Positions 41,829 to 52,684 of a DNA stretch of 64,000 nt are shown here, piece by piece. Both the position numbers and the translations under genes were made by a program. A model generated the notes under the pieces. It saw nothing but the letters and a program-made list of their open reading frames with translations, was not told the origin of the DNA and did not search any database. Origin of the DNA: a bacterium (lineage in GTDB: Bacteria > Zhuqueibacterota > Zhuqueibacteria > Residuimicrobiales > Krinioviventaceae); the NCBI GenBank assembly GCA_963674595.2, contig CAXXFV010000016.1:416001-480000 (forward strand). The letters run 5' to 3'. Positions within the stretch are counted from its first letter, which is position 1. The number at the start of each line of letters is the position of its first letter.

Positions 41829-44051
41829 ATGCGTGTATTTAAAAACTATGTTTTTATGTTTTTTTTATTGTTTATGTTTTCGATGAGTGCCGTTGCACAA
41901 AGTACAACAGGTTCAATTACCGGTCGTGTTTTAGATGCAAAAACATTACAGCCGTTAAGTGAGGCTAATGTTCAAGTTCTGGACAGCCATGTTGGTACCA
42001 CATCGGACCGTTCAGGTAATTTTAATTTTAATGGTTTACAAGCTGGTAATTATAATGTGAGTGTGTCCGTCATTGGTTATGAAAAACAGCAGCAATCTGT
42101 TGTTGTGAAATCCGGACAAACAGCTTCGATGATTTTTAAATTGTTACCGGTTGTTCTTAAAATGAGATCTGTGGCTGTTGAAGGCGATAAAGAGCGAAAT
42201 GTTATTCAGCAACCACGTTCTGAATCTGTGGGCCTTGATCTTTCAACGAGTGTGATTACACGAAGAGATATTCAAAAACAGGGAGCCAAAACCCTTGTTG
42301 AGGCGATGGATTATATTCCCGGTGCCTGGATTGAAACCCGCGGCCGCAAGGTGAAACAATTTTTTTCCATCCGGGGACAGCGTTATCCATACCCGGAATA
42401 TGCTGTTGATGGCGTCTGGCAGCGTGAATTCCATGAATTACCCTACTTTTTTTCAACAGCAGACATTGAAAGAATTGAGGTCATTCGGTCAAGCGCTGCA
42501 TTGTTGACCGGATTATCCGGTATGGCGGGTGTCATAAATATTGTTCCTAAAACCTATAATTCTCCTGAATTTTCCCATGAAATTGAATACGGCTCTTATG
42601 GATCCTATCGTCTGCAACTGTCGCATGGAGCCAAGGTTGGTGATGTGTCCTATGCAAGTGGTATCGGAATTCGTCATACCGACGGTCCTTCTGATATGAA
42701 TGCAAAGGAAGAGATGGCCAATTTTTATGGTCGTGTTAACTGGCAAGCTTCTCAAAAGCTGGGTTTTCAATTAATGGTATTTCATTTGAATGGTGAACGT
42801 CAAATGCGTTTGGCTAAAGCCCCTGCTTCTTCCCGTTTTCAAACAGAGATTTCCGGTTATGATCCCTATCGCTCAACATTAGCCAGTTTAAAAATGAATT
42901 ATACACATTCAGAGCGATCCAATATAGAAGCTGTTGCGTATTATTCTCACAGGGATCCTGAATTTTATTCTGTAGACAGTGAAACAAATGCTGTTTCGAA
43001 AACTTTGGAAAAAGATTATGAGTATGGTCTTTCTGTATTGCATGCTTTTAAATTAAGTTCCAATAATACACTCAGATGGGGTGGTCTCTATAATCACTGG
43101 GTAACACCAAATGGAAAACGTTTTTATTCAGGCCGGAAAAGTGATTTGTATACCTATTCCGGTGTCCTGGTGGATGAACATCAATTTCACCGTTTAACTC
43201 TTGATGCCGGTGTCCGTCTTTCCAAAACATACATTAATGAATATGGCGCCTTTGGTATTGACGGCAGTGCAAAGGGATTTGCAGGTGTAGAACCTATTAA
43301 AGATACATGGGAACCGATTGTTACCCAGGCAAGTCTTGGCGGTTCATATCTTTTAACAGAGTCGGTTTCTGTTTTTATGAATTCCATGTTTGGCATTGTT
43401 CAACCGCGTAAAGGCACTTTTGATGTTGATTTAAATGAGCCTCAAAACGAAAAACGTATTAAACTGGATATTGGAACAAAATTTGAGGCGCCTTGTTTTG
43501 GTTCTGTTTCTATTACAGGTTATGGAACCGTACAAAAAAACGCCATTGTGTTAAGCGGACAATCTGAAGAAATAAATGGTTATGTTGCCGAGCTTTATGC
43601 TAATCGTGATCAGGACCAACTGGGTGTGGAACTGGAACTCCGCTCGAAAAAAATGTGGGATCATGTTCAATTCTTTACAAATCTTATAACCATGCGATCC
43701 AGAAAAAAAGCGGACGATGAAATGGTCGAAAATGATGAAATTCCGGACATAATTTCCAATACGGGTTTATCGTTCGATTTTGCTCAATGTAATATAAATT
43801 TATACGCGAAATATATGTCGGAATACGAAAGCACCCGGTTTGTTGCATCAACCAAGACAAATCCTGCAACGCCGCAGCCGTTGGGTGATTTTATGAACTT
43901 TGATGCAACGGCCGAATATCAAATAGCAAAAATTCCTGCCACGACGGTATTCCTTCAAATAAAAAATATATTTGATGAAAAATATTCAACGGTTGTCGGG
44001 TATCCTGATTTTGGCCGCCAGGTATTTGCCGGAATTCGTCAATCCTTTTAA
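41829..44051 (+). CDS. TonB-dependent receptor with CarboxypepD domain
   Basis: Signal peptide; plug IERIEVIRS...GVINIV; terminal FGRQVFAGIRQSF. Confidence 0.9.
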   Translation: MRVFKNYVFMFFLLFMFSMSAVAQSTTGSITGRVLDAKTLQPLSEANVQVLDSHVGTTSDRSGNFNFNGLQAGNYNVSVSVIGYEKQQQSVVVKSGQTASMIFKLLPVVLKMRSVAVEGDKERNVIQQPRSESVGLDLSTSVITRRDIQKQGAKTLVEAMDYIPGAWIETRGRKVKQFFSIRGQRYPYPEYAVDGVWQREFHELPYFFSTADIERIEVIRSSAALLTGLSGMAGVINIVPKTYNSPEFSHEIEYGSYGSYRLQLSHGAKVGDVSYASGIGIRHTDGPSDMNAKEEMANFYGRVNWQASQKLGFQLMVFHLNGERQMRLAKAPASSRFQTEISGYDPYRSTLASLKMNYTHSERSNIEAVAYYSHRDPEFYSVDSETNAVSKTLEKDYEYGLSVLHAFKLSSNNTLRWGGLYNHWVTPNGKRFYSGRKSDLYTYSGVLVDEHQFHRLTLDAGVRLSKTYINEYGAFGIDGSAKGFAGVEPIKDTWEPIVTQASLGGSYLLTESVSVFMNSMFGIVQPRKGTFDVDLNEPQNEKRIKLDIGTKFEAPCFGSVSITGYGTVQKNAIVLSGQSEEINGYVAELYANRDQDQLGVELELRSKKMWDHVQFFTNLITMRSRKKADDEMVENDEIPDIISNTGLSFDFAQCNINLYAKYMSEYESTRFVASTKTNPATPQPLGDFMNFDATAEYQIAKIPATTVFLQIKNIFDEKYSTVVGYPDFGRQVFAGIRQSF

Positions 44052-44060
44052 TAAAGTGTT

Positions 44061-44094
44061 AAAAATATCTCCTTGCAAGAGGAGATATTTTTTT
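44061..44094 (+). terminator. Intrinsic terminator
   Basis: AAAAATATCTCCT-TGCAAG-AGGAGATATTTTTTT. Confidence 0.8.
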
Positions 44095-44102
44095 CTATTT
44101 TA

Positions 44103-44118
44103 AAATGTTTATACATTT
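44103..44118. promoter_or_regulatory. GntR-type palindromic operator (copy 2)
   Basis: AAATGTTTATACATTT upstream of the GntR gene; same TGTNTATACA core. Confidence 0.55.
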
Positions 44119-44260
44119 AAATATATAATCTCTTACGCACGTCATTTGTTTTTTTCATCCGAAAATTCAAGATTTTCCGGCTTGCTTTGAGATTTATAAC
44201 CTGAAAGTTATTCTTTTTTCTGGTCAATTGTTTATTACATTTTAAAAGGACATTGTCATT

Positions 44261-45043
44261 ATGACAATAAATAAAAAGGACATTATCCCGTTATATTATC
44301 AATTAGCTGATGTGCTTAGAGAATTGATTAAAACGGAAGAGTTTGCACCGGGTGATCCGTTGCCTTCCGAGAGTGAGTTGATTGAAAAATATGAGATAAG
44401 CCGGGGAACAGTCCGGCAGGCTTTTCAAATTTTGACTCAGGAAGGTTTAATTGAAAGATATCCCGGACGTGGTTCATTTGTTTCCTATCCCAAGCTGCCC
44501 CACGATGCCCGAAAGGTTATAGGCTTCTTTTCGCAGGCGGCTTTAAACGCCGGGAAAAAACCCGGGGCAGATATATTACAATTTAAAGAGATCATTGCCC
44601 CGGCTTTTGTGCAGGAACGGTTGCGGTTGGGTGCAAATGAGAGGGTAGTGTTGGTTGAGAGACTGAGATACATCAATAATGAACCCTGGGCCATTGAAAG
44701 GGCCCATTTTGTCCTGGATGTTGGACGGCTTTTAAAAAAAGAAGCATTGAAAGAATCTTTGTATAATCATTTGCAAAAAGATTTGCACATTAATTTTTTT
44801 AAATCTCAAAATACCATTGAAGCATCTCAGGCTGATAAGGACACAGCCCGTCTTTTAGGTATCAAAACGGGTCATCCTGTACTTATTATCAGCCGGATTG
44901 TCTATCGAGCTGAAGGAGATGCGATAGAGTGTTCAGTTGATACATACCGGGCCGATAGAATTAAATTTACTGTTGAGGATTTATATCATACGGAAAGCAA
45001 GAGTATTGTCCCCAGCCCTAAAGAAGTGAATCAAGTTTTTTAG
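44261..45043 (+). CDS. GntR family regulator, HutC/UTRA subfamily
   Basis: PLYYQL...LPSESEL...ISRGTVRQA...GRGSFV plus UTRA-type C-terminus. Confidence 0.92.
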   Translation: MTINKKDIIPLYYQLADVLRELIKTEEFAPGDPLPSESELIEKYEISRGTVRQAFQILTQEGLIERYPGRGSFVSYPKLPHDARKVIGFFSQAALNAGKKPGADILQFKEIIAPAFVQERLRLGANERVVLVERLRYINNEPWAIERAHFVLDVGRLLKKEALKESLYNHLQKDLHINFFKSQNTIEASQADKDTARLLGIKTGHPVLIISRIVYRAEGDAIECSVDTYRADRIKFTVEDLYHTESKSIVPSPKEVNQVF

Positions 45044-45220
45044 AATTCCCCATTTTTTAGAAAACAGGTATATTTATCTTGTTGAAATAATTTTGTTATT
45101 ATTTTTGAAAAAAAATGATAGATTTGATATTAACCATGAATATCCTGGCTTGAAAAAATCCGAATATTTTTCTATTAGATATTTACTTACCAATGCCTAC
45201 TGTCTTAAGGAGTCTGTCAA

Positions 45221-47038
45221 ATGTCAAAAACACCTTTTTTCGCACTTTTGGTGACCATTGTTTTTTCCCTTATAATGCCCAAACAGGCATCTTGTCTGGA
45301 TGTTAAAAAGAAACCGGTTTTTGAACCGAATTTACCTGTAAATATATCCGAAACTGAACAACAAAAGTGGAACGACCAGGATCCGGGATTAAAGGGTTCT
45401 GTTGTTTCTTTGGATAAAAGAGTTGACAGGAATTGTGTGCCTGTTACCAAAGCTGATCTGGTATGGAACGGAACGGCCTGGCGAGGAGAAAAAGTAAATA
45501 TTCAGGCCGCCCTGTGGAGCGTGGATTCTCTGAAACAAGTTCGGTTTGTTACACATGATTTATTGAGTGAATCCGGTGATGCAATTGATAAAACTAATAT
45601 CTCACCATATTTCCAGCGGTTTGTTATTGCCGACAGCACTCAAAATAAATGTGCTGTAAACGAGCCCTCAACATCGCTTGTTTTAATGCCGGATGTTTTA
45701 GAACCTATGGAACGATTTGAATTACCGGCTCAAACTGTTCGTCCTGTCTGGATTACGTTATATGTACCGGAGGAAACAAAAAACGGTGTTTATCGTGGAA
45801 AATTTGATATTGTTGCTCAGGGCGGACAAAAGGTTTCCCTGATGTTAAATTTAACAGTTTACAATTTGCTTTTACCCAAACCATCGGATTGGACATTTCA
45901 TCTGGATTTGTGGCAGGACCCCTGGTCGGTCGCTACTCACCACCAGGTGGAACCCTGGAGTCCTGAGCACTGGTCGTTACTGGAGAAACAAACCCGGTTA
46001 CTGGCAGACGCCGGACAAAAGTGTATCACGACCAGTATTTTACATGAACCCTGGGGCGGACAGGTATATCATACCTATTATTCAATGATCAAGTGGACCA
46101 AAGATCAAGACCAAAACTGGGAGTATGATTATACGGTATTTGATAATTATGTCCGGTTTTGTGAAAAACTGGGCATTCAGGAACAGATCAACTGTTATTC
46201 AATGGTGCCCTGGTCAAATACGTTCCGTTATTTTGAAAAAGAATCAAATGATTATGTTGACGTTAAAGCAGTTGCCGGTTCTGATGAATGGAAAGCTTTG
46301 TGGCAACCCTTTTTAACGGATTTTCGACAACATTTAAAGCAAAACGGCTGGCTTGAAAAAACCAGTATCGCCATGGACGAACGTCCTTTGGATGCCATGC
46401 AGGCTGTTATTCAGTTTGTAAAATCGATTGCCCCGGAATTGAAAATAACGCTGGCTGGTAATTATCATAGTGAAATCAAGTTTGATATATATGATTATTG
46501 TGTTTTTATAAAACCTGTTATTGAATCGGAAATAATCCTGGAACGTGTCAACAGGGGATTGCCGACGACCTATTATATTTGCTGCGGCCCGGAACATCCC
46601 AATACATTTTCCTTCTCTGATCCCGTTGAATCTGCCTGGCTGGGCTGGTATTCTGCGGCGCATGGATTTAACGGCCTGCTCCGCTGGGCCTTTAATAGCT
46701 GGAATGAAAATCCGTTTTACGATTCACGCTACGTCACATGGCCTTCGGGTGATTGTTATCTCAGTTACCCCGGCGGCCGCAGTTCCATCCGTTTTGAGCG
46801 TCTTCGTGAAGGCATTCAGGATTATGAGAAAATCCAAATATTACAAAAAGAGTTAAAACAAAAAAAAGACAAAACATCAAAAACTCAGCTTGCTAAACTG
46901 AACGATGTATTATCATTGTTTAAATATATTGAGGAAAATGGATCGGAATATTATCAACATACTGTTAATGATGGAAAATCGGTGTTAAGTGGAAATTTCT
47001 GCTTATTTGGGCAAAAAATAGTATCAGTGTCAAGATAA
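45221..47038 (+). CDS. DUF4091-domain glycoside hydrolase (GH123-like)
   Basis: AWRGEKVN, FHLDLWQ, AMDER, GLLRWA, SSIRFERLREGIQDYEK. Confidence 0.8.
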   Translation: MSKTPFFALLVTIVFSLIMPKQASCLDVKKKPVFEPNLPVNISETEQQKWNDQDPGLKGSVVSLDKRVDRNCVPVTKADLVWNGTAWRGEKVNIQAALWSVDSLKQVRFVTHDLLSESGDAIDKTNISPYFQRFVIADSTQNKCAVNEPSTSLVLMPDVLEPMERFELPAQTVRPVWITLYVPEETKNGVYRGKFDIVAQGGQKVSLMLNLTVYNLLLPKPSDWTFHLDLWQDPWSVATHHQVEPWSPEHWSLLEKQTRLLADAGQKCITTSILHEPWGGQVYHTYYSMIKWTKDQDQNWEYDYTVFDNYVRFCEKLGIQEQINCYSMVPWSNTFRYFEKESNDYVDVKAVAGSDEWKALWQPFLTDFRQHLKQNGWLEKTSIAMDERPLDAMQAVIQFVKSIAPELKITLAGNYHSEIKFDIYDYCVFIKPVIESEIILERVNRGLPTTYYICCGPEHPNTFSFSDPVESAWLGWYSAAHGFNGLLRWAFNSWNENPFYDSRYVTWPSGDCYLSYPGGRSSIRFERLREGIQDYEKIQILQKELKQKKDKTSKTQLAKLNDVLSLFKYIEENGSEYYQHTVNDGKSVLSGNFCLFGQKIVSVSR

Positions 47039-47152
47039 CAGATCTTTCCGATGTTAAAAAAAATGATATTTTTCCGGATTTTACGTAAAGGTTTTTCCGG
47101 TTGGAGTTGTATTAATTATCAGAACAAGCCATGTAAATTTATAAGGTGAGAT

Positions 47153-50100
47153 ATGAAAAGATTTGTTGTTCTTGTTAGTTTAGTTATTTTTGTTTTTATA
47201 CAATATATGTACCGCAAATACTGCGAAAGGATATCCTATGACCGTATCCCACCTTCGATGCGAATATCTTGCAAATCCCCTTGGAATCGACGTTTTGGTT
47301 CCCCGATTATCCTGGATGGTCTCTTCACCGGAAAAAGGACAATGCCAATCAGCTTATCAAATTGTTGCAGCGGCGAGCTTGAGAGACCTTGAAAAGGGTG
47401 ATCATAAATTATGGGACACCGGCAAAGTCAGTTCCGACCAAACAATCCAGGTTCCCTATCAGGGACAGCCTTTAAAAGCGTTTTCAAAATGTTTCTGGCT
47501 AGTGCGTGTTTGGGACAAAAACGACAAGCCTTCCCAATGGAGTGAAACAGCTTTTTTTACAATAGGTCCGCTTGAATATTCAGACTGGAAAGCTGAATGG
47601 ATTGGTACGCCGCCGGAAGATGAAAAAACAGCCCGGTCCGTTATTCCACCTTCTCCGCTTTTACGCCGTTCATTCAAGTCAAATGATGACATTGAATGTG
47701 CTTATCTCTATGTCACCAGTATGGGTGATTAATGAAATTCGTTTGAATGGAGATAAAGTCAGTGACCGGTTGTTAAGTCCGGAATGGACTGATTTTCAAA
47801 AACGCGTTCAATACCAAACCTATGATGTTTCCAAAATGTTACAGTCCGGAGAAAATGTTCTCGGCGCCATGCTGGGAGACGGCTGGTATGCCGGCCGGTT
47901 AGGGCCGGTTCGCTGGGATAAAAATTATCCGCGTCGTGGGCCCTATGGCCTGTACCGGCGATTGTTATGCCGTTTGGATATTGTGAAAAAAGACGGTTCC
48001 GTGCAAACCATCACCTCGGACGGGAAATGGACCTGCACAGACGGACCCATTAAAATGGCGGATAATTTTTTGGGTGAAACCTATGACGCGCAATGTGAAC
48101 TGCCCGGCTGGGATGAATCCGGATTTAAGGATTCAACCTGGAAACATGTTTATATAGACAAAAGTATAAACGTCAGCATTGAAGCACAAATGAATGAACC
48201 GATTCGTGTGTTTAAAGAAATAAAACCCGTTGCTGTTACGGAACCTTCTCCCGATGTATATATTTTTGACCTGGGACAAAACATAGCCGGATGGAGCCGG
48301 GTTCGTTTGAATGAACCAAAGGGTAAAGAGATTGTTCTGAGGCATAGCGAAATTTTGGACCTTGATGGTTCTATTTATATGGAAAACCTCAAAAGCGCGG
48401 TACAAACAGATACTTTTATTTGTGACGGCAAAGGTGATAAAGTTTTTGAACCTCATTTTACCTATCATGGATTTCGTTTTATAGAGGTTACCGGGTTGTC
48501 TGAGAAACCTTCGTTGGATATGTTGACCGGCATTGCTTTTTCATCTGATCCACCCGTCACCGGGCATTTTCAGTGTTCACAGCCGATGCTGAACCAGTTG
48601 TTTCAAAATATTAACTGGAGTCAGCGCGGCAATATGCACAGTGTTCCCACCGATTGTCCGCAACGCGATGAAAGAATGGGCTGGATGGGAGATGCGTTGA
48701 TTTTTTCTCAAACCGCCATCTTTAATATGGATATGGCTGCTTTTTTTGCCAAATGGGTGCAGGATATTCGTGATGCCCAGGCCGATGACGGGCGTTACCC
48801 GGATTTTGCACCTCATCCGATGTATCCCAATAAAAGATTTAACGATGCTCCGGGGTGGGCTGATGCCGGTGTTGTTGTGCCCTGGCGTTTGTATGAAAAC
48901 TATGGTGATACCCGAATTTTGGAAGAACATTATGATTCAATGGTCCGGTTTATTAACCAGATTGTGGAAAATAATCCCAATTTTATGTGGGAAAACAGCC
49001 AGGGAAATCAGTATAGTGACTGGTTGAACGGGAATACAATATCCGCTGAAAACTATCCGGAAACGGACGCACAGATACCTTATATTTTATATACAACAGC
49101 CTATTATTATCATTCAACATCCTTATTGGCAAAAATCGCTCAAAATTTAAACAAAACCGAAGATGCAAAAAGATTTAACGAAATTAAGGATAAAATCAGA
49201 GAACAGTTTATCAAAAATTTTGTTAACGATGATGGTACCATGATGGGAAATACTCAGGCCGGGTATGCTTTGGCATTAAATTTTGGTCTTGTTCCCCGGG
49301 AATTGCAGGAAACCGCTGCTGAAAATTTGTACCGGGCTTTTATCCCCTATAACGGCCGCTTGTCGACCGGTTTTCACAGTACTCTTGCTATGATGAAACA
49401 ATTGACAAAATGGGGCTATTCTGATATGGCCTATAAACTTGTTGAAAGTAAGAGGTTTCCGTCATGGGGATATAGCATTGAACAGGGCGCCACAACTATT
49501 TGGGAACGATGGGACGCTTTTGTAAAGGGCCGCGGATTTCAATCGTCAAGTATGAACTCTTTTAATCATTACGGATTTGGAGCTGTGGGTGAATGGATGT
49601 ATCAAACGATCCTGGGAATTGTTCCGGATGAGTCCAATCCCGGATATAAACATTTTTTCATCAAACCTGTTCCCGGTGGATCGTTAACCTGGGCCAAGGG
49701 AGATTATATGTCCATTCGTGGCAAAATTGCTGTCGATTGGCGTATTAAAGATTCCAAACTCTATTTAAATGTTGAAATTCCAACAAATACATCCGCTACA
49801 GTTATTGTGCCGACACAGGAAACCGCCGGTGTATTAATAGACGGGCATTCTTTAAATTCAGCAAAATATATCCAAAATCTGCAACTAGCTGAAAATAGCG
49901 CGACAGTTTTGCTGAATAGCGGCAAATACTCTTTTGTGGCAAAGTTTGATAAAGCCTCTTTTGATCAAAAGTCATTTTCCTTTTTAAATTGTCCGCATAT
50001 TATTTCTAAAAAGTCATTATACTATCTGCCGGAAAAAGCGGTTATAACCATTAAAAATGATGACAGAGATGCACAGGTCCGTTTTACGTTAGACGGCAGC

Positions 50101-50664
50101 ACTCCAACGATGGAATCTTTACTTTATACAAAACCGATTGTTTTTGATACGTCCGCTGTTGTCAAGGCCCGGTGTTTTAAAGCAGGATTTGAACCCAGTG
50201 CTGTTTCGGACAAAACAATCAGTGTGATTGATCCAAACAAAAACGGCGTCTCTTATGCTTATTATGAGGGTGAGTGGAAAATGATGCCGGATTTCAAGGC
50301 TTTGACTCCGGTAAAAACCGGCAAGACTTATGAATTGAGGTTTGAACCTGTAGCTGACAAACCCGATTATTATGCCATTTGTTTTAATGGATTTATAGAG
50401 ATACCTGTTGATGGAGAATATACTTTTTATACATTGTCGGATGACGGTTCTCTTCTTTATGTTAATGATAAAAAAATTGTAGACAATGATGGTTTGCATG
50501 ACAAACAGGAAAGGTCTGGTTCTATCTATTTAACAAAAGGACGACATAAAGTAAATGTACAATTTTTTCAGGGCATGGGAGGACAATTGTTGAACGTCAG
50601 CATGTCCGGTCCTGATTTTGAAAAACAAATAATCCCGGCTTCTATGCTTTTCCCTAAAAAATAA
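47153..50664 (+). CDS. GH78 alpha-L-rhamnosidase-like protein with C-terminal FN3-associated and PA14 domains; two frameshifts (~47190, ~47727)
   Basis: Three ORFs join: signal peptide; LRCEY..NPLGID..PRLSW; PTDCPQRDERMGWMGD, GATTIWERW, MNSFNHY; FTLDGSTP; SDDGS...DNDGLH. Confidence 0.88.
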
Positions 50665-50675
50665 TGGAGAATGTT

Positions 50676-52472
50676 ATGAGGTTGTTTTGCTTAACAATTG
50701 TTAGTGTATATCTAAGTTGGAGTTCAATTATGGCAGCAGATTGGCAACCGGTTCAGAATCGAATCGTATCCCGCTGGACCCAAGATGTATCCTCTCAAAA
50801 CCCGTTACCTGAGTATCCGCGACCGCAGCTTGTTCGTAATACCTGGAAAAATTTAAACGGTTTGTGGAATTATGCCGTATGTGAAAATACCGCAAACAAA
50901 CCGGACCAGTTTGATGGAAAAATTCTGGTGCCTTATCCAATTGAATCGGCATTAAGCGGCGTTGCTAAAGCTGTCGGCCCGGACCAAATTTTGTGGTATC
51001 AGCGTTCATTTAATATTCCTGAAGAATGGGCAGGAAAGCAAATTTTGTTAAATTTCGGTGCTGTTGACTGGGAAGCAAAGGTATGGATTAACGGTACGTT
51101 GGCAGGAAGTCATCGTGGTGGTTATGATGCTTTTTCAATAAATATTACGGATTATCTCAACGATAATAAAGAACAGGAAATTGTTGTTTCCGTTTATGAT
51201 CCGACCGACAAAGGTACGCAGCCGCGCGGAAAACAGGTCGCCAAGCCAAGGACTATATGGTATACGGCAGTCACAGGTATCTGGCAAACGGTCTGGATTG
51301 AACCGGTTGAACCTGTCCATATTGAACGTTTAAAAATGACGCCGAATATCGATGATGAAACCCTTGCTGTTCAAATTATAAACGAGCAGAAAAATGATGA
51401 CTGTAGGGTTGTAATTGATGTTTTTGAAAATGATAAAAAACTAAGCCAGGCTGAGGGAACGATTGGCGAATCTATAAAAATTCCTGTTAAAGACCCGAAA
51501 TTATGGACTCCGGACTCACCTTTTTTATATGATATTAAAATAAAAATTAAAGATGGTAAGGGAAATGTCTGTGACCAGATAACATCCTATTTTGGAATGC
51601 GAAAAATTTCAATGCACAAAGACGAAAAAGGCGTGAATCGTTTGTTTTTAAATAACAAGTGCCTGTTCCAATTTGGATTGCTTGACCAGGGATGGTGGCC
51701 GGATGGTTTATATACCGCCCCGACTGATGAGGCGCTTCGTTATGATATTGAAGCGACAAAGAAAATGGGTTTTAATCTGGCGCGCAAGCATGTTAAAATT
51801 GAACCGGCACGCTGGTATTACTGGTGTGATAAACTGGGTCTGTTGATTTGGCAGGATATGCCCAGTGGCGACAAGTATATAAAACCGGATGAAGCGGACA
51901 TTGTGCGTGGAAAAGAATCCGCACAACAATTTCGTTACGAGTTGAAAGAGATGATCGACGGTTTTTATAACCATCCCTGTATTGTCATGTGGGTGCCGTT
52001 TAACGAAGGCTGGGGACAGTTTGAGACAGAGAATATTACACAATGGATTAAAGAGTATGATCCGTCACGGCTTGTTAACAATACCAGCGGCTGGTCAGAC
52101 CGGTTTGTCGGCGATGTTTGTGATCTGCATCGCTATCCCGGCCCGGATATGCCGCCTTTGGAAGAAAAGCGTGCTGCTATCCTGGGAGAGTTTGGCGGAT
52201 TGGGTTTGCCTATGGAGGGGCACCTGTGGCAAGCAGATAAGAATTGGGGATATAAAGGGTATGCAAATCAGGAAGAACTTTTAACCGCTTATAAGGATCT
52301 GATTATTAAATTGCAGGATTTGGTTGATAAAGGTCTTGCGGCTGCCATTTATACCCAGACAACGGATGTGGAAATTGAAGTGAATGGAATGATGACCTAT
52401 GACCGGGAGATAATAAAACTTGATCTTGAAAAATTGAACAAGTTGAATGCCCAGGTTTATTCTGAAAAATAG
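50676..52472 (+). CDS. Glycoside hydrolase family 2
   Basis: EYPRPQ, LNFGAVD, LDQGWWPDG, RKHVK, PFNEGWGQ, GEFGG, YTQTTDVE. Confidence 0.9.
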   Translation: MRLFCLTIVSVYLSWSSIMAADWQPVQNRIVSRWTQDVSSQNPLPEYPRPQLVRNTWKNLNGLWNYAVCENTANKPDQFDGKILVPYPIESALSGVAKAVGPDQILWYQRSFNIPEEWAGKQILLNFGAVDWEAKVWINGTLAGSHRGGYDAFSINITDYLNDNKEQEIVVSVYDPTDKGTQPRGKQVAKPRTIWYTAVTGIWQTVWIEPVEPVHIERLKMTPNIDDETLAVQIINEQKNDDCRVVIDVFENDKKLSQAEGTIGESIKIPVKDPKLWTPDSPFLYDIKIKIKDGKGNVCDQITSYFGMRKISMHKDEKGVNRLFLNNKCLFQFGLLDQGWWPDGLYTAPTDEALRYDIEATKKMGFNLARKHVKIEPARWYYWCDKLGLLIWQDMPSGDKYIKPDEADIVRGKESAQQFRYELKEMIDGFYNHPCIVMWVPFNEGWGQFETENITQWIKEYDPSRLVNNTSGWSDRFVGDVCDLHRYPGPDMPPLEEKRAAILGEFGGLGLPMEGHLWQADKNWGYKGYANQEELLTAYKDLIIKLQDLVDKGLAAAIYTQTTDVEIEVNGMMTYDREIIKLDLEKLNKLNAQVYSEK

Positions 52473-52495
52473 TTTTTTAAAATAAAATTTTATTC

Positions 52496-52536
52496 GAATT
52501 CCTGTTATCGTTTTTAAATAACAGGAATTCTTTTTT
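52496..52536 (+). terminator. Intrinsic terminator
   Basis: GAATTCCTGTTAT...ATAACAGGAATTC followed by T6. Confidence 0.8.
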
Positions 52537-52635
52537 AATGTATTTTGCATCCCGGACATCCCCTTAAAATACCTCTCAAATTTTTCTCATCATATTCCTC
52601 TTTAATGCAAAATCAAATATTTTGGAAATGATTGG

Positions 52636-52648
52636 TTGTGTATACAAT
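52636..52648. promoter_or_regulatory. GntR-type palindromic operator (copy 3)
   Basis: TTGTGTATACAAT upstream of the PQQ-propeller operon. Confidence 0.65.
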
Positions 52649-52684
52649 TAAAAATATTTATATTTAAAATATGGATTTTAGTTT

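Noticed and set aside
46980-47038. Possible additional frameshift at the GH123-like C-terminus
   Set aside because: The alternative ending (VEISAYLGKK) is plausible but cannot be distinguished without homolog alignment
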